A stretch of 64,000 nt of DNA from Candidatus Methanophagaceae archaeon (GCA_003194435.1 PQXC01000006.1:3981-67980); one strand, 5' to 3'. Counted from the stretch's first letter, positions 38,787 to 49,660 are shown. A program made the numbers and translations. Notes: generated by a model from the letters alone, not told the origin.

Positions 38787-39860
38787 TTACTTTTCATCTT
38801 TTCCCGTTCGAGAAAAGCTCCCCAATATTTCACCACTGCCATCGAACACATAAACGTCAGCATCGGTTTTCTGTGCTAACCTCTCTGCAAGGGTGCCGAA
38901 GAAGGTCTTCAGTCGTTCATAATCTATTTTCTTCAATCGTTCAACAAGCTCGCTGACACTGCTGAACTCAAAATTGAAATGGTTGTGAGCATTAATATCT
39001 AACATATCGCAAATCTTCGCGGGCATCGTGAATATCACCTTCCTCTTCGCTTTTGACTTCTCTATCGCGTAGCACACGAAATTACCGGCAACAATAATCT
39101 TCTCCGCCGGGAAATTCAGTTTTTCGGTAGCGAACCTCTTGCTTGCAGCACCTGTGCTTACCCCGATAACGTCCTTTATATCTCTTACGAGGAAGTCTAT
39201 AACGTGCTTATAGCCATTCCTGGTGTATGGCTCAACGAATCCAGTAGCGCCGAAGATGGGTATTCCTCCTTCTATTCCCACCGCTGGAAGAACTGTGTTT
39301 TTCGCTATCTTCTCACCCTCGGGCACGAAAATCTCTATTTCTACACCACCGGACAGTACTTCCTTCACGTTCGCTTCTATGTTCCTCAAGATGTGCGGGT
39401 ATATATCGGGTGCTCCGACTTTACCCAAACCCGGTCTTTTTATTATCCCTATACCCTTGCCCGCTCTTATAGAGAACACAGGAAAACGTCTCGCCTTTGC
39501 ACATATAAGCATTCCACTGAATGTGTCACCTTTGTAATCGCCGGAATCTACACGAACACAGGCGGTACAACTGGCTTTATCCAAACTCGCTACGTTCATC
39601 TCCGCTTTCACACCAATCGGGGTTGTAACTTCTACTTTTTTCACTTCTTTACCTGCGAGCAGAAGAGCAGCAGCTTTTGAAGCCGCAGTAGCGCAAGTTC
39701 CTGTTGTATAGCCTCGTTTGAGGATTCTCCCATTCTCGAGCAGGACCACTCTGCCCTTTTTTATATGCTCGATTAAGGCATCATAACCGATATTATTCAT
39801 CTTTGCAGCTCTTTTTATTAGTTCTTCCGGGTATTCCCTTCCTGATACAGGGTCTATCAT
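38787..39860 (-). CDS. cbiD: Cobalt-precorrin-5B C1-methyltransferase
   Basis: RGYTTGTCATAA, GIEGGIPIFGATGFVEP. Confidence 0.88.
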   Translation of the reverse strand: MIDPVSGREYPEELIKRAAKMNNIGYDALIEHIKKGRVVLLENGRILKRGYTTGTCATAASKAAALLLAGKEVKKVEVTTPIGVKAEMNVASLDKASCTACVRVDSGDYKGDTFSGMLICAKARRFPVFSIRAGKGIGIIKRPGLGKVGAPDIYPHILRNIEANVKEVLSGGVEIEIFVPEGEKIAKNTVLPAVGIEGGIPIFGATGFVEPYTRNGYKHVIDFLVRDIKDVIGVSTGAASKRFATEKLNFPAEKIIVAGNFVCYAIEKSKAKRKVIFTMPAKICDMLDINAHNHFNFEFSSVSELVERLKKIDYERLKTFFGTLAERLAQKTDADVYVFDGSGEILGSFSRTGKDEK

Positions 39861-40034
39861 TTTTTCATCCCGTGCTTCTATAATTCATTGTAAGTAACGT
39901 GCTTAAAGGAATGTTAAAAAGATGACCTTGAGAGGGAGAAATGCGTCATCGCTGTTGTCGTATATTTGCTGAGAGGCATAATTATAAAGGATAAATGAGA
40001 GCATAAAGCACAGGAACTGGAATTCCTCAAGCAA

Positions 40035-41480
40035 TCACCCATTTTTATTTTTGCGTTTCCTCTTATCCCTCTCTAACAGCACATACCCCACCAGTGCGAG
40101 CAAGCCAGAGGCGAACAGGATGAGCGTTGACAGTTCGGGAATTGGATAGCCGGGGTCAGTAGAAGGGCTTTCGATATAAGAGTCGCTGCCGGCTTCGGCT
40201 TTATAGTATATCTGGAGTTCATCCGTTGGGCAATCCCATGATAATCTAACAGCGAGCCAATCGCCAGTACTGAAATCCTGTGTTGTTGATACGTTGTCTT
40301 CACAGGTTATGTCCCATAGATGTTTAGTTTCCGCTGCTGTTAACTGCTCGGTGTGGCTGGCAATAACGGTTACATCTCCGGTGCCTTTTTCCAGCCTGCA
40401 AATCTCAACCGTGAGGTTGTGCCCTATTTCATCATCTTCTATCGCTTCTGTCCGAATATGCGCTTTCCACGGGTTATCGCCAAATCCGAGTCCGCATTCC
40501 GCTCCGGTATCCGCATAGAACCATGCCACTCCGGTATAACTCAGGTTGAAATATTCGCCTGTGCCGCTTCCTGAACCTTTGTGCATCAGGTTGTCCTTCG
40601 CGTGCGTCTTACTATCGTTCGCGTTTGGTGCATCATCGGGTTTAGCTTCAGGGGTAAGATACCATGTCTGCTGCTTTGGAACCGGAAGCGTAATGTTGGA
40701 ATCGAATCTCCCGCCTTCGTTGACCTCTTCTGATGATACCTTGAACTCAACAATCTTTGACTGACTTCCATCCGGACTTCTGACATCGAGCTGCAGTGTC
40801 TCGCCTGTAACTATATCAATGCCATGTCTAAGCACGAGCTGGTAGTAGTTAGAAGTGGGTGAAGTCTCAGCCTGCCATTCCTCGCTCGTGTTCAGGTTTG
40901 TTATGTTAACTCTGGGATTATTGCATTCACTGCCGTTTTCGTAAGAAACATATCCATATACGAGGAACGGACTTGAGGGCTGTATAATTTCTACACTTCC
41001 ATTCTTTACGTTGGCAGGGATAGGATAACCATCAGGGTCGCTTAAAATGACGCCCTCCAGGTCGCTAAGGTGAAGCCCACTGAGTCCACGTTCAGCAATC
41101 GCTTGAAATGTAATTGTTGTAAGCACACCTGAAGTGTTCACGCCGCTCGTTGTTTTCTTCCGTGATTCAGCATACTCGACCTTGCCAAGGGTATTATTTA
41201 TTTCGTCTATCAATAGATATGTCTCAGCACCATCCTGACTGAGAAATGTGCCTTGGGTAAGTCCAGTTGCGTTCAACAGCGTATTATTAAAATACAGCGT
41301 GTAGCTGGCACCAAATACTTCACTTCCTTCCGGATAAACTGTAATATTAACTGTGAATATCTCCCCTGATGCGACTTTTTGACATGAAGGCTCAACGCTT
41401 ATCGTCGCAGCAGAAGCAGTCTGAGAAATAGCCAGAATTACCACCATTATTATCATTATCGCTGCAATTGTATATTTCAT
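40035..41480 (-). CDS. Secreted cohesin-domain protein with PEF-CTERM-like anchor
   Basis: Signal peptide; cohesin (FTVNITV...YFNNTLL...GVLTTITF...LSDPDG); C-terminal PIPELSTLIL, TM helix, basic tail. Confidence 0.8.
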   Translation of the reverse strand: MKYTIAAIMIIMVVILAISQTASAATISVEPSCQKVASGEIFTVNITVYPEGSEVFGASYTLYFNNTLLNATGLTQGTFLSQDGAETYLLIDEINNTLGKVEYAESRKKTTSGVNTSGVLTTITFQAIAERGLSGLHLSDLEGVILSDPDGYPIPANVKNGSVEIIQPSSPFLVYGYVSYENGSECNNPRVNITNLNTSEEWQAETSPTSNYYQLVLRHGIDIVTGETLQLDVRSPDGSQSKIVEFKVSSEEVNEGGRFDSNITLPVPKQQTWYLTPEAKPDDAPNANDSKTHAKDNLMHKGSGSGTGEYFNLSYTGVAWFYADTGAECGLGFGDNPWKAHIRTEAIEDDEIGHNLTVEICRLEKGTGDVTVIASHTEQLTAAETKHLWDITCEDNVSTTQDFSTGDWLAVRLSWDCPTDELQIYYKAEAGSDSYIESPSTDPGYPIPELSTLILFASGLLALVGYVLLERDKRKRKNKNG

Positions 41481-41543
41481 CTTTTATTTTGCCACCTCCT
41501 GAATTTCTTACTTATAGCACTTCTCATCGGCGATTTTTCAGTT

Positions 41544-42821
41544 TCATTCCTCTTCCCTCCACAACTTTATTGCAGGTATCCAGCCTGTGTATTCTTTCCC
41601 GTTCGCATCTGTGAACTCGTCACATATTATTTTACCGCCTGTTGCGTTGTATTCCCCGGGATGATGGATAATCTGCGGATACGAGCCTGTGCGAATGGTG
41701 TAGTTGTATTCTTTACATGGTTCAAGCGTGAAACTTGTGTTGAACGTAAGGTTATGCCAGTCGTCTGAATATCCACTCCAGTTTGCGTGTGCATCCACGC
41801 CGTTGCCCCATATCCTCGCATATTCAGTGTGCCCGCCAGTGCCAGGGCATGCATAAGTGTATATCCTGTTCACTTCTATCTCATGGGCAGGTATTATTGT
41901 TCCGTTATGCACGCCCATTATGCTTGGATACGGGCTATCTGGCGCACCGGTGTCAAAGATACCAAGTTTTGCTTCAAGTGTGATATTGAAGTTGAAGAGC
42001 CCGCCGTTGTTGATATCATTTTGGGTTACCATGTAGTTTGTAATATTTGACAGTTTTCCATCCGGGCTTGTAACGTTGAACTGCAATATCTCGCCTGCAA
42101 CTATGTCAGTGCAAGGTGTAAGCACGAGCTGATAGTAGTTATAATCAGGATGTGTCTCAGCTTTCCATTCCTTGCTTGTGTTCAGACTTGTGTTCAGGTT
42201 AGTTATGTTAACCTTTGGATTATTGCATTCGGTGTCATTTCTGTAATAAACATATCCAAATATCAAGAATGAGCTGGATGGCTGTGCGATTTCTACGCTT
42301 CCATTGCTAACATTGGTCAAGATAGGATAACCATCAGGGTCGCTTAAGATGACGCCCTCCAGGTCGCTAAGGTGAAGCCCACTGAGTCCACGTTCAGCAA
42401 TCGCTTGAAATGTAATTGTTGTAAGCACACCTGAAGTGTTCACGCCGCTCGTTGTTTTCTTCCGTGATTCAGCATACTCGACCTTGCCAAGGGTATTATT
42501 TATTTCGTCTACCCATAGATATGTCTCAGCACCATCCTGACTGAGAAATGTGCCTTGGGTAAGTCCAGTTGCGTTCAACAGCGTATTATTAAAATACAGC
42601 GTGTAGCTGGCACCATATACTTCACTTCCTTCCGGATAAACTGTAATATTAACTGTAAATATCTCCCCAGATGCGACTTTTTGACATGAAGGCTCAACAC
42701 TCACTACTGGACTTGCCTGTGATTCAATCGCTGTTGGCACGGCAAAGCCAATTTGTGCAAATATAAATATAAATAAAGCTATAATGCCAGTTCCAATTGC
42801 GGTGGTCAAAACTCTTTTCAT
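41544..42821 (-). CDS. Secreted cohesin-domain protein with unknown C-terminal domain
   Basis: Near-identical cohesin; C-terminal PYPSIMGVHNGTI...YTIRTGSYPQIIH...WIPAIKL. Confidence 0.75.
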   Translation of the reverse strand: MKRVLTTAIGTGIIALFIFIFAQIGFAVPTAIESQASPVVSVEPSCQKVASGEIFTVNITVYPEGSEVYGASYTLYFNNTLLNATGLTQGTFLSQDGAETYLWVDEINNTLGKVEYAESRKKTTSGVNTSGVLTTITFQAIAERGLSGLHLSDLEGVILSDPDGYPILTNVSNGSVEIAQPSSSFLIFGYVYYRNDTECNNPKVNITNLNTSLNTSKEWKAETHPDYNYYQLVLTPCTDIVAGEILQFNVTSPDGKLSNITNYMVTQNDINNGGLFNFNITLEAKLGIFDTGAPDSPYPSIMGVHNGTIIPAHEIEVNRIYTYACPGTGGHTEYARIWGNGVDAHANWSGYSDDWHNLTFNTSFTLEPCKEYNYTIRTGSYPQIIHHPGEYNATGGKIICDEFTDANGKEYTGWIPAIKLWREEE

Positions 42822-42839
42822 TTTTTATTTTTTTACCCC

Positions 42840-43697
42840 CTATTTTTCTTTTTTAAATATCAAATACGACGCTATCACGAACAATCCCGCTGTTACAAAC
42901 ACAGCCTCAAATCCCGGTATTTCCTGTCCCTTATTCTCTTTTTCCCCTGACATAGGCAATGAAACGATTGAAGCCGGCGACGACGTGGCTATGGTTGGAG
43001 TTGGATATGGTGATGGATATGGTGATGGTGAGGGAACAGAGTTTATAGTGGATGTCTGCATTGGTGTAGAATCCGGTGTCTCCGTAGGTGAGGATATAGA
43101 TGCAGGCGTTGATGTTGGTGTTGACGTTACAGATGCGTCTCCACTGTTGCTATCCCCACTTTCCGAAGTTGGTGTTGGCGTAGACGTGGGCGTATGAGTA
43201 GGTGTTGGTGTAGTTCCTATATTGCATGTTCCATCACCGATTAAAACGCCTGCGATCTCAAAACCGTAAGGGTCGCTTAATATTACTTCACTCAAATTTA
43301 GACTGCTCGTTCCGGGTTTCGTTGCATTAAAGGTAATGGTTGCAAGCACACCGGGGTTAGTCACTCCACCGCTACCTATTCTGTATTCGCTGAAATTGAC
43401 CTTGCCGTTGGAATTATCAATCTCATTTACCATCACATTGCCTCCGAGAAAGGGTCCTTGGTTTTGACTCAGCGCCTGTAATAAACTATTATCAAAGAAT
43501 AAGGTGTATTGAGCACCGAATATCTCCTCGCCTTCAGGATATATGGTTATGTTCACTGTGAACTTCTCCCCGGGTGAAACTTGTAGATATGGCGGTTCAA
43601 CACTTATTTTTGGTCCTGGCATTCCAAGGCTCGTTTGTATGAGTGAAGAGACAAATAGGGGAGCAATGGCAATCGCTGCGACCATAGCTTTGTTCAT
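42840..43697 (-). CDS. Cohesin + Ser/Thr/Pro linker + PGF-CTERM anchoring protein
   Basis: Cohesin, TPTPT linker, IPGFEAVF, TM helix, KKEK. Confidence 0.85.
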   Translation of the reverse strand: MNKAMVAAIAIAPLFVSSLIQTSLGMPGPKISVEPPYLQVSPGEKFTVNITIYPEGEEIFGAQYTLFFDNSLLQALSQNQGPFLGGNVMVNEIDNSNGKVNFSEYRIGSGGVTNPGVLATITFNATKPGTSSLNLSEVILSDPYGFEIAGVLIGDGTCNIGTTPTPTHTPTSTPTPTSESGDSNSGDASVTSTPTSTPASISSPTETPDSTPMQTSTINSVPSPSPYPSPYPTPTIATSSPASIVSLPMSGEKENKGQEIPGFEAVFVTAGLFVIASYLIFKKEK

Positions 43698-43703
43698 TTT
43701 TTA

Positions 43704-44720
43704 TCATCTCCTCCTTTTTCTTTTTATGATAAAATATGACATTGCAAGCAAGCCAATTGTTGCTGTGATAGCTCCAAATCCTGATGTAGGTGAAGCTGCT
43801 GGTGAAGCAGCAGGGGTGAGAGAAGGTGGAGGTGACAATGCAGGAGGTGAAGGGGTTACTGTTATTGGAGGTGTGGGTGTGAGCAATGAGGTTACGGGGA
43901 AGTAAATCTTCCATTCTTCTATACCACCAAGCATATTATAAACATGTTCAAAACCATGCTGGACAAGTATTTCGCTTGCTGTTCTGCTTCTGCTACCGGT
44001 TTTACAATAAACAATGATTTTTTTAGATTTGTCCAATTCGCCAATTCTGTTTCCCAATTCAGGTAAAGGTATAAGTTTAGCTTCAGGTATATGCTCACTA
44101 TCGTATTCCTTTTTCGTTCTGACATCCAGCAAAATGATTTCTTCCGGCTCTTCTTCCAACATCTCGTGTGCTTTTTCAACTGTGATATCAATAACAGCGG
44201 GCTCACCTGTAACTCCTCCTACGGTACATGTTCCACCGCCAATTTCACTCTCAAAAACTTTCCCATTTATGTCGCTTAATATCACATCGCCCAATGTTAA
44301 ATCGCTCGTTCCGGAGGTTCCAATTACCTCAAAGCTAATAGATGCTAATACACCAGAGTCTGATATGCCTCTCTCAGCAGTTCGTGTCTCGCCATATTCG
44401 ATCTTGCCAATTGTATTGTTTATTTTGTTTATCACTTCGATTGCATTCGTGCCATCCTGACTTAGAAAAGTCCCCTTGGTTTGCGATGTTGCATTGAGCA
44501 AATTGGGGTCGAAATATAAATCATATTGAGCGGCATATATCTCCTCTCCTTTTGGGTCCACCACGATTTCGATTGTGAATGTCTCCCCCTGCGATACCTC
44601 AACACTTGCTGGCGACACGCTTATACTTGGTCCGGGTGCGGCTTGCACCAGCGAGCTAAACGCCAGATTTAGTAGCACAAAAAATACCAAACCCATACAT
44701 ATTGCCCTTCTTATTTCCAT
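43704..44720 (-). CDS. Cohesin + rhodanese domain + PGF-like CTERM
   Basis: LLDVRTKKEY...HIPEA...YCKTGSRS...MLGGIEEW; Pro linker; SGFGAI, TM helix, KRKRRR. Confidence 0.85.
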   Translation of the reverse strand: MEIRRAICMGLVFFVLLNLAFSSLVQAAPGPSISVSPASVEVSQGETFTIEIVVDPKGEEIYAAQYDLYFDPNLLNATSQTKGTFLSQDGTNAIEVINKINNTIGKIEYGETRTAERGISDSGVLASISFEVIGTSGTSDLTLGDVILSDINGKVFESEIGGGTCTVGGVTGEPAVIDITVEKAHEMLEEEPEEIILLDVRTKKEYDSEHIPEAKLIPLPELGNRIGELDKSKKIIVYCKTGSRSRTASEILVQHGFEHVYNMLGGIEEWKIYFPVTSLLTPTPPITVTPSPPALSPPPSLTPAASPAASPTSGFGAITATIGLLAMSYFIIKRKRRR

Positions 44721-44882
44721 TTTTTATCACTTTTTCATTTTTTATATTTTTATCTATTTAAAAGCTTTTCGATTTTTTTCTTTATTGTTGTTAGGATTAT
44801 GAAAGAATAACCCTATATATAGCTATAAGGAAAAGGGGAGGGGAAGAGTGGGGGGAGTATATCGGTCGGTGGACGCCCGCTA

Positions 44883-45144
44883 AAAATAGTGCATGAATGT
44901 TCAGCGATTCCCCTTTTAACTTTTTATTTTATTCTCTGCTTTCGGTTTAGCATATCCATCGGATTTCGGGAGCAAGGTGATAGGGCTCATATTTGGACTC
45001 CCGGCTCTTTTCCTCGTGAATGCTTTCCGGCTTTTCTTCCTTTCTCTTATCCTTCTTTATTATCCCGGGATTTTTGATTATGCGCATACATATCTGTGGC
45101 AGACGGTCATCTTGATAATGATATTTGTGGCATGTCTGGTGTAG
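44883..45144 (+). pseudogene. Exosortase/archaeosortase remnant (XrtH-like), 5'-truncated and frameshifted
   Basis: KIVHECSAI, then in another frame LAYPSDFGSKVIGLIFGLPALFLVNAFRLFFL...FDYAHTYLWQ; the Cys/Arg/His triad motifs are present. Confidence 0.75.
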
Positions 45145-45235
45145 TTGGAATTTGTAGTGAAGGTGAGGGTGAAGGATACGGCTTCTTCCTTTTTTCTCCG
45201 TTTCATGGCTATTTCTGAACTATGATTATAGCTTA

Positions 45236-45652
45236 TTGATTGCGAAGGTCGCGGAACCAATCGTGAATATGGTGCTTCCGGAATCAAGTTTAGCAAATTT
45301 AAAAGAGATGAGATACACTGGTGTAGAAGTGATAATAACACCGGAATTGATGACCGCTACTTTCAATTTCGTTCCTTTTATCGGGCTTATTTTCGCAACG
45401 AGAGCAATTAGTTTTAAGAATAAGATGAAGGCTATGGGAATAGGTTTGCCTATAATAGTAATTGCACATATCTTTTTCCTTGTGTATAAATCTCTTACGG
45501 ATCCGAACCTTGGAGTCCCTTATGCTTTTAAAGCCATGCTCACAGTGCAATTGATAGGACAATATTTCCTCCCTTTTGGCATCTGGCTTGCATTTGCATG
45601 TAGTGGGGATAGAGGAGCATGTGAGGAAGAAGCATGGGAAGAAAGGCGTTGA
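45236..45652 (+). CDS. Exosortase-associated membrane protein (5' end probably disrupted)
   Basis: TFNFVPFIGLIFAT...MGIGLPIIVIAH...FLPFGIW; directly follows the exosortase remnant. Confidence 0.55.
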   Translation: MIAKVAEPIVNMVLPESSLANLKEMRYTGVEVIITPELMTATFNFVPFIGLIFATRAISFKNKMKAMGIGLPIIVIAHIFFLVYKSLTDPNLGVPYAFKAMLTVQLIGQYFLPFGIWLAFACSGDRGACEEEAWEERR

Positions 45653-45881
45653 AGAAGGAAGAAGTTAAGGCAGTGTTAGAGTTGGAGGCGGAGAAAGCCG
45701 ATTTCGTCTCTATGATGTTAGAGAAATTGCATTTAGGTAAGGTTATGGAGCGGATAAGGAATGTGCTTAAGAGAATAAAAGAGAAGGAAAAGTAAAGGAG
45801 ATGCGACTCCTGAGTCTCTAAATTCTTCAGTTCAAGTTCAAAGAGAAGTTTTTATATGCGCATTGCCAATATTATTCACGA

Positions 45882-46244
45882 GTGGTAGAAATGGAACATT
45901 CGTGGATAGAAGTTGAAATATCAGACCTTGAGAGGAAGAAATCCGCAAAGCTAAACGCATTGGTTGATACTGGAGCGAGCTTGGCAGTTTTGCCAGAAAA
46001 AATAGCTGAGGAGCTTGGGATAGAACCTATAAGCGAGGAGAAAGTTTCGACAGGAGCAGGAGAGATAAAGGTAAAGAGGGGTAGAGCCTGGATAAAGCTG
46101 AAGGGGAAGGAAGATGCCTTTCCCATCTGGATTTCGGGTTTTATAGACAAGGTTTTGCTTGGAGTGGTTGTTTTAGAATCCTTTGGCTTTGATGTAGATC
46201 CTGCAACCGGAACATTGAAGGAAAGACCACTGCTTTTATATTGA
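45882..46244 (+). CDS. Clan AA (retropepsin-like) aspartyl protease
   Basis: ALVDTGAS, LLGVVVLESFGFDVDP. Confidence 0.85.
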   Translation: MVEMEHSWIEVEISDLERKKSAKLNALVDTGASLAVLPEKIAEELGIEPISEEKVSTGAGEIKVKRGRAWIKLKGKEDAFPIWISGFIDKVLLGVVVLESFGFDVDPATGTLKERPLLLY

Positions 46245-46489
46245 CGGATAGATTGACTTGCATCTCGCTCTTGGATTAGTTAGTTTGGCGATTGCTAAAA
46301 GGCTTCTTGAGAAGTGATTCGAGTTTACAGAATTTTCTAAAGAAGAGTTCATACGGGTTTTTTTCCTTCATTAAGAAAGAACTCGAGCTAATTCCTCTTG
46401 AAACCTAAGAGAAAAAAAGGAATTTTTTAAAGTTTACTATTTTCCACTTTTCCCTATTGCCTATTGCCTATTGCCCATTTCGCTTATTT

Positions 46490-47494
46490 TTACCATGCAA
46501 TATTCCCCCAATTTGCTCCTATTATCACTGCATCAAGTATGTTCACGATACAATCATTGTTAAGGTCTCCCCTGTCAGCCCTGTCTTGTCCTTCCCAGCA
46601 GAAATTACCGCACGTGCATTTTTCGCCCCATTCACGCCCTACTATTACTGCATCAAGGATATTCACCCTGCCGTCCCCGGTTGCGTCTCCCGCAATATAG
46701 ACGTTAACTTGTATAATAGCCGTGTTTGCGAGACCACCATCATCCTTTACTGTTAAACTGACATTAAATGGTTCGTAGCCTGTTCCATTCCATTTACAGC
46801 TCGAATAAGCATGCTCTATCGCCGGACCTTCGCCAGAATGTGTGTCTCCGAAGTCCCATGTATAGCTTGTGATGGCATCGCCATCCGGGTCATAAGAAGC
46901 GGAAGCGTTAAAGATGGTTTGGCATGGATAATAGGAGCCAACGTTATTGTAGCGGTGCGCAGAGAATGCGATTGCAACAGGGGGGAAGTTTATAAATGCA
47001 GTGCCATTATCTACTGCCGCCGGTATGGTAGTTTCATCAGGACCAGCTTCCTTCAGCACATTGATGCTTAGGTTCAATGCACTTGTCTCTCCATGATTGC
47101 CAACCGCTTTTAATGTGATGTCTGCGAATTTGACATCGCCGTATAATCCATCGCCAAAATCTGCCCCCACTGCTTTGACACTACCTGTCGAATTGTCAAT
47201 AACTGCATCAAATAAATCGAAATCGCTGTTCGCTGCCGATACCACATGAACCACAGATGGGTCGAAAGCGAGGCTTATATCGGCAGCACCCAAATATGAT
47301 ACATTGTTGATCATGATACTCGTGACTGCAGTTTCGTCAGGCTTCATAAAGGCATCGCTTATTGATACAGTAGTTTCAGAAGCAGAAGCTGAAGCTGAAG
47401 CAGACAGAGTGAGGAATGAGACAAAGAGCAGAAATAGTGCAGTATACAACACTGCTACTCCCGGTCTTTTCTTCTTCCACATATCGTTCTTCAT
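46490..47494 (-). CDS. Secreted cohesin + PKD + dockerin protein
   Basis: Signal peptide; cohesin; SYDPDG...WDFGD PKD; GDATGDGRVNILDA and DLNNDCIVNILDA. Confidence 0.85.
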   Translation of the reverse strand: MKNDMWKKKRPGVAVLYTALFLLFVSFLTLSASASASASETTVSISDAFMKPDETAVTSIMINNVSYLGAADISLAFDPSVVHVVSAANSDFDLFDAVIDNSTGSVKAVGADFGDGLYGDVKFADITLKAVGNHGETSALNLSINVLKEAGPDETTIPAAVDNGTAFINFPPVAIAFSAHRYNNVGSYYPCQTIFNASASYDPDGDAITSYTWDFGDTHSGEGPAIEHAYSSCKWNGTGYEPFNVSLTVKDDGGLANTAIIQVNVYIAGDATGDGRVNILDAVIVGREWGEKCTCGNFCWEGQDRADRGDLNNDCIVNILDAVIIGANWGNIAW

Positions 47495-47516
47495 TCTTAT
47501 TTTCACCTCCTTCCAT

Positions 47517-49532
47517 TTAGTGAAGCGTTTCAAAGCCCGATTCACCAAGTACGTGTTTTGAAAGATACATCGCATCATACAGTGTTACCACTCCGTTACC
47601 GCTGACTTCTCCTACGCTTTCGGTCATCGTTTCAAATCCGGGTTTTCCAAGCACGTGCTTGGCAAGATACATGGTATCATAAATATCCACCTCACCATTT
47701 TCACTCACATCCCCGTTTAGTATGACAATTAGGGGTATGTTCACCGATGCGTTTACGTTTCCAAATATGTCGGTTGCGTATACCGTGAGGTTATGTGGCA
47801 GGTAGCTCCCATTATATATCGCCGTTCCAATCGAAGCATTAACAGTTACAGTCCATATATCAGTGCCGGGGATGCGAGTCATTGGCTGGTCAGGCGAGCC
47901 ACCCAGTGATGAGAGGTTGATCGAGACACTGGCAACACCACAATCGTCTGTTACTGTAACGTTTAATTGTGATGTTTCGCCCCACCTCAGCTCAGAATCG
48001 GTATCCTCGGGAATAGATGGTGGATTTGCTGTTGGATTTGTTACCAGTGGTGGTGTAACCTCAGCGATGACAAAAGTCCCGTTGTGTGTGGTTGCAGGTA
48101 TAGGAATTTCATCGGGACCTGCATCCTTCAACTCATTGATGGTAATGTTCAGAGTAGACGATTCGCCTGCACTTCCTACCGCCTTTAGCGTGACGTCTGC
48201 GAGTTTCACATCGCCATTGAGACCCGGAGAAGAAGTCTGAAATGCACCTATTCGTGTTATGCCGGAAGAATTATCAATTGCAGACTCCAGGAAATCGAAA
48301 TCGCTATTGTTAACCGCGATGACATGAACCACTGATCGATTGTAGGATAAGAAGATATCCGCAGTGCCGACATTGGTTATATCGCTGATGATAATCGAAG
48401 TGGTAACATTTTCTCCTGATACTGCACTTGCATCACCGATACTGATAACAATATCAGCAAAAGTCTTGAATGCGCGTTCAGAGCTCTGAGCGGAGTTGTT
48501 GCTCGCGTCGGTGCTGTTCACCACGTAATAATAAGTGGTATTTGAGATGAGATCGGCAATTGAGATGCAGTGATAAGTCACGAGAGATGCATTATAAACG
48601 ATTTTCGTGTAATTCCCGGGTTCTGTGCCGTATTTGAGCATGCTGTCACTCGGCTCATCAGTTTCCCAGGTTATGATTGCAGAATCTTTCGCTGTTGGTA
48701 TTGCACTGATATTGGTGATGACAGGCGGAGAAACATCTGGCGGATATAAAGTGATGTTCTGCATGAAACCACCGGCATTCATCTCCTGTTGCGTCACTAT
48801 ATGGTCGAAGACAGAGAAGTTGCCCAGATTATCACTGGCGTTAAAATGAAGTATGTTTCCTTCGCTTATATGAGCGAAGTTTGTTAATACCTGATAATAA
48901 TTAGAGTTTTCGTTTGTCTCTGCTATGAATATTTCTGAGGTGTTCACATTTTCTATCGTAACGTTTGGATTGTATACCGGAGAGCCGTCGTCATAATTAA
49001 CGAAACCAGAGATGTTAAAGTGTGTCGCATTAATTTCTACTGTTCCATTATTGACCGAAATGCCAGAAATTTCATAACCGAGAGGGTCGCTTAATACAAT
49101 ATTGCTCAGATTTAAACTGCACGTTCCGGGTTCCATCGCCTTAAAGGTAATCGTTGCAAGTACACCGGGATTGAACACACCGTACTCAACACCCGTTCTC
49201 ATTTCACCATACTCCGCTTTGCCGATGGTGTTGTTGATTACATTCGTTATGTCCATTGTTGATGCGCCGTCTTGACTGAGAAATGGACCCTTGACCTGTT
49301 CAATCCCTTTTAGAAGCGTATTATTGAAATACAAATCATATTGTGCACCCATTACCTCAACACCTGCTGGATTTACTGTTATATTCACTGTAAAGAGATC
49401 ACCCTGCAGGACGTTTTGATAAGATGGTTCAACGCTTACTACTGGTGCTGCATGAGCCGATGTAACACAGCAAATTAGAATGAATAGAGATACTGTTGTT
49501 ATTCTAACAATGTCTTTGATAGTATTTCTCAT
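47517..49532 (-). CDS. Secreted scaffoldin-like protein: cohesin + Ig-like + FN3 + cohesin + dockerin
   Basis: Two cohesins; AIITWETDEPSDS...YG FN3; GDVSENGEVDIYD dockerin. Confidence 0.8.
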   Translation of the reverse strand: MRNTIKDIVRITTVSLFILICCVTSAHAAPVVSVEPSYQNVLQGDLFTVNITVNPAGVEVMGAQYDLYFNNTLLKGIEQVKGPFLSQDGASTMDITNVINNTIGKAEYGEMRTGVEYGVFNPGVLATITFKAMEPGTCSLNLSNIVLSDPLGYEISGISVNNGTVEINATHFNISGFVNYDDGSPVYNPNVTIENVNTSEIFIAETNENSNYYQVLTNFAHISEGNILHFNASDNLGNFSVFDHIVTQQEMNAGGFMQNITLYPPDVSPPVITNISAIPTAKDSAIITWETDEPSDSMLKYGTEPGNYTKIVYNASLVTYHCISIADLISNTTYYYVVNSTDASNNSAQSSERAFKTFADIVISIGDASAVSGENVTTSIIISDITNVGTADIFLSYNRSVVHVIAVNNSDFDFLESAIDNSSGITRIGAFQTSSPGLNGDVKLADVTLKAVGSAGESSTLNITINELKDAGPDEIPIPATTHNGTFVIAEVTPPLVTNPTANPPSIPEDTDSELRWGETSQLNVTVTDDCGVASVSINLSSLGGSPDQPMTRIPGTDIWTVTVNASIGTAIYNGSYLPHNLTVYATDIFGNVNASVNIPLIVILNGDVSENGEVDIYDTMYLAKHVLGKPGFETMTESVGEVSGNGVVTLYDAMYLSKHVLGESGFETLH

Positions 49533-49605
49533 TTCCCATTTCTCACCTCCTTTCAAACTTTTTCGTTTGTTTTTTACCCCCGTCTTTTATCTTTTTTTAC
49601 AAGTT

Positions 49606-49660
49606 CCCCCAAAAAAGAAAAAGGGAAAAATTTTATTTTTTGTTGTCTATTCCCTATTCT
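49606..49660 (-). terminator. Repeated intergenic U-rich element, copy 1
   Basis: Plus strand CCCCC-AAAAAAGAAAAA-GGG-AAAAATTTTATTTTT, just after the stop of 49660-54591. Confidence 0.55.
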
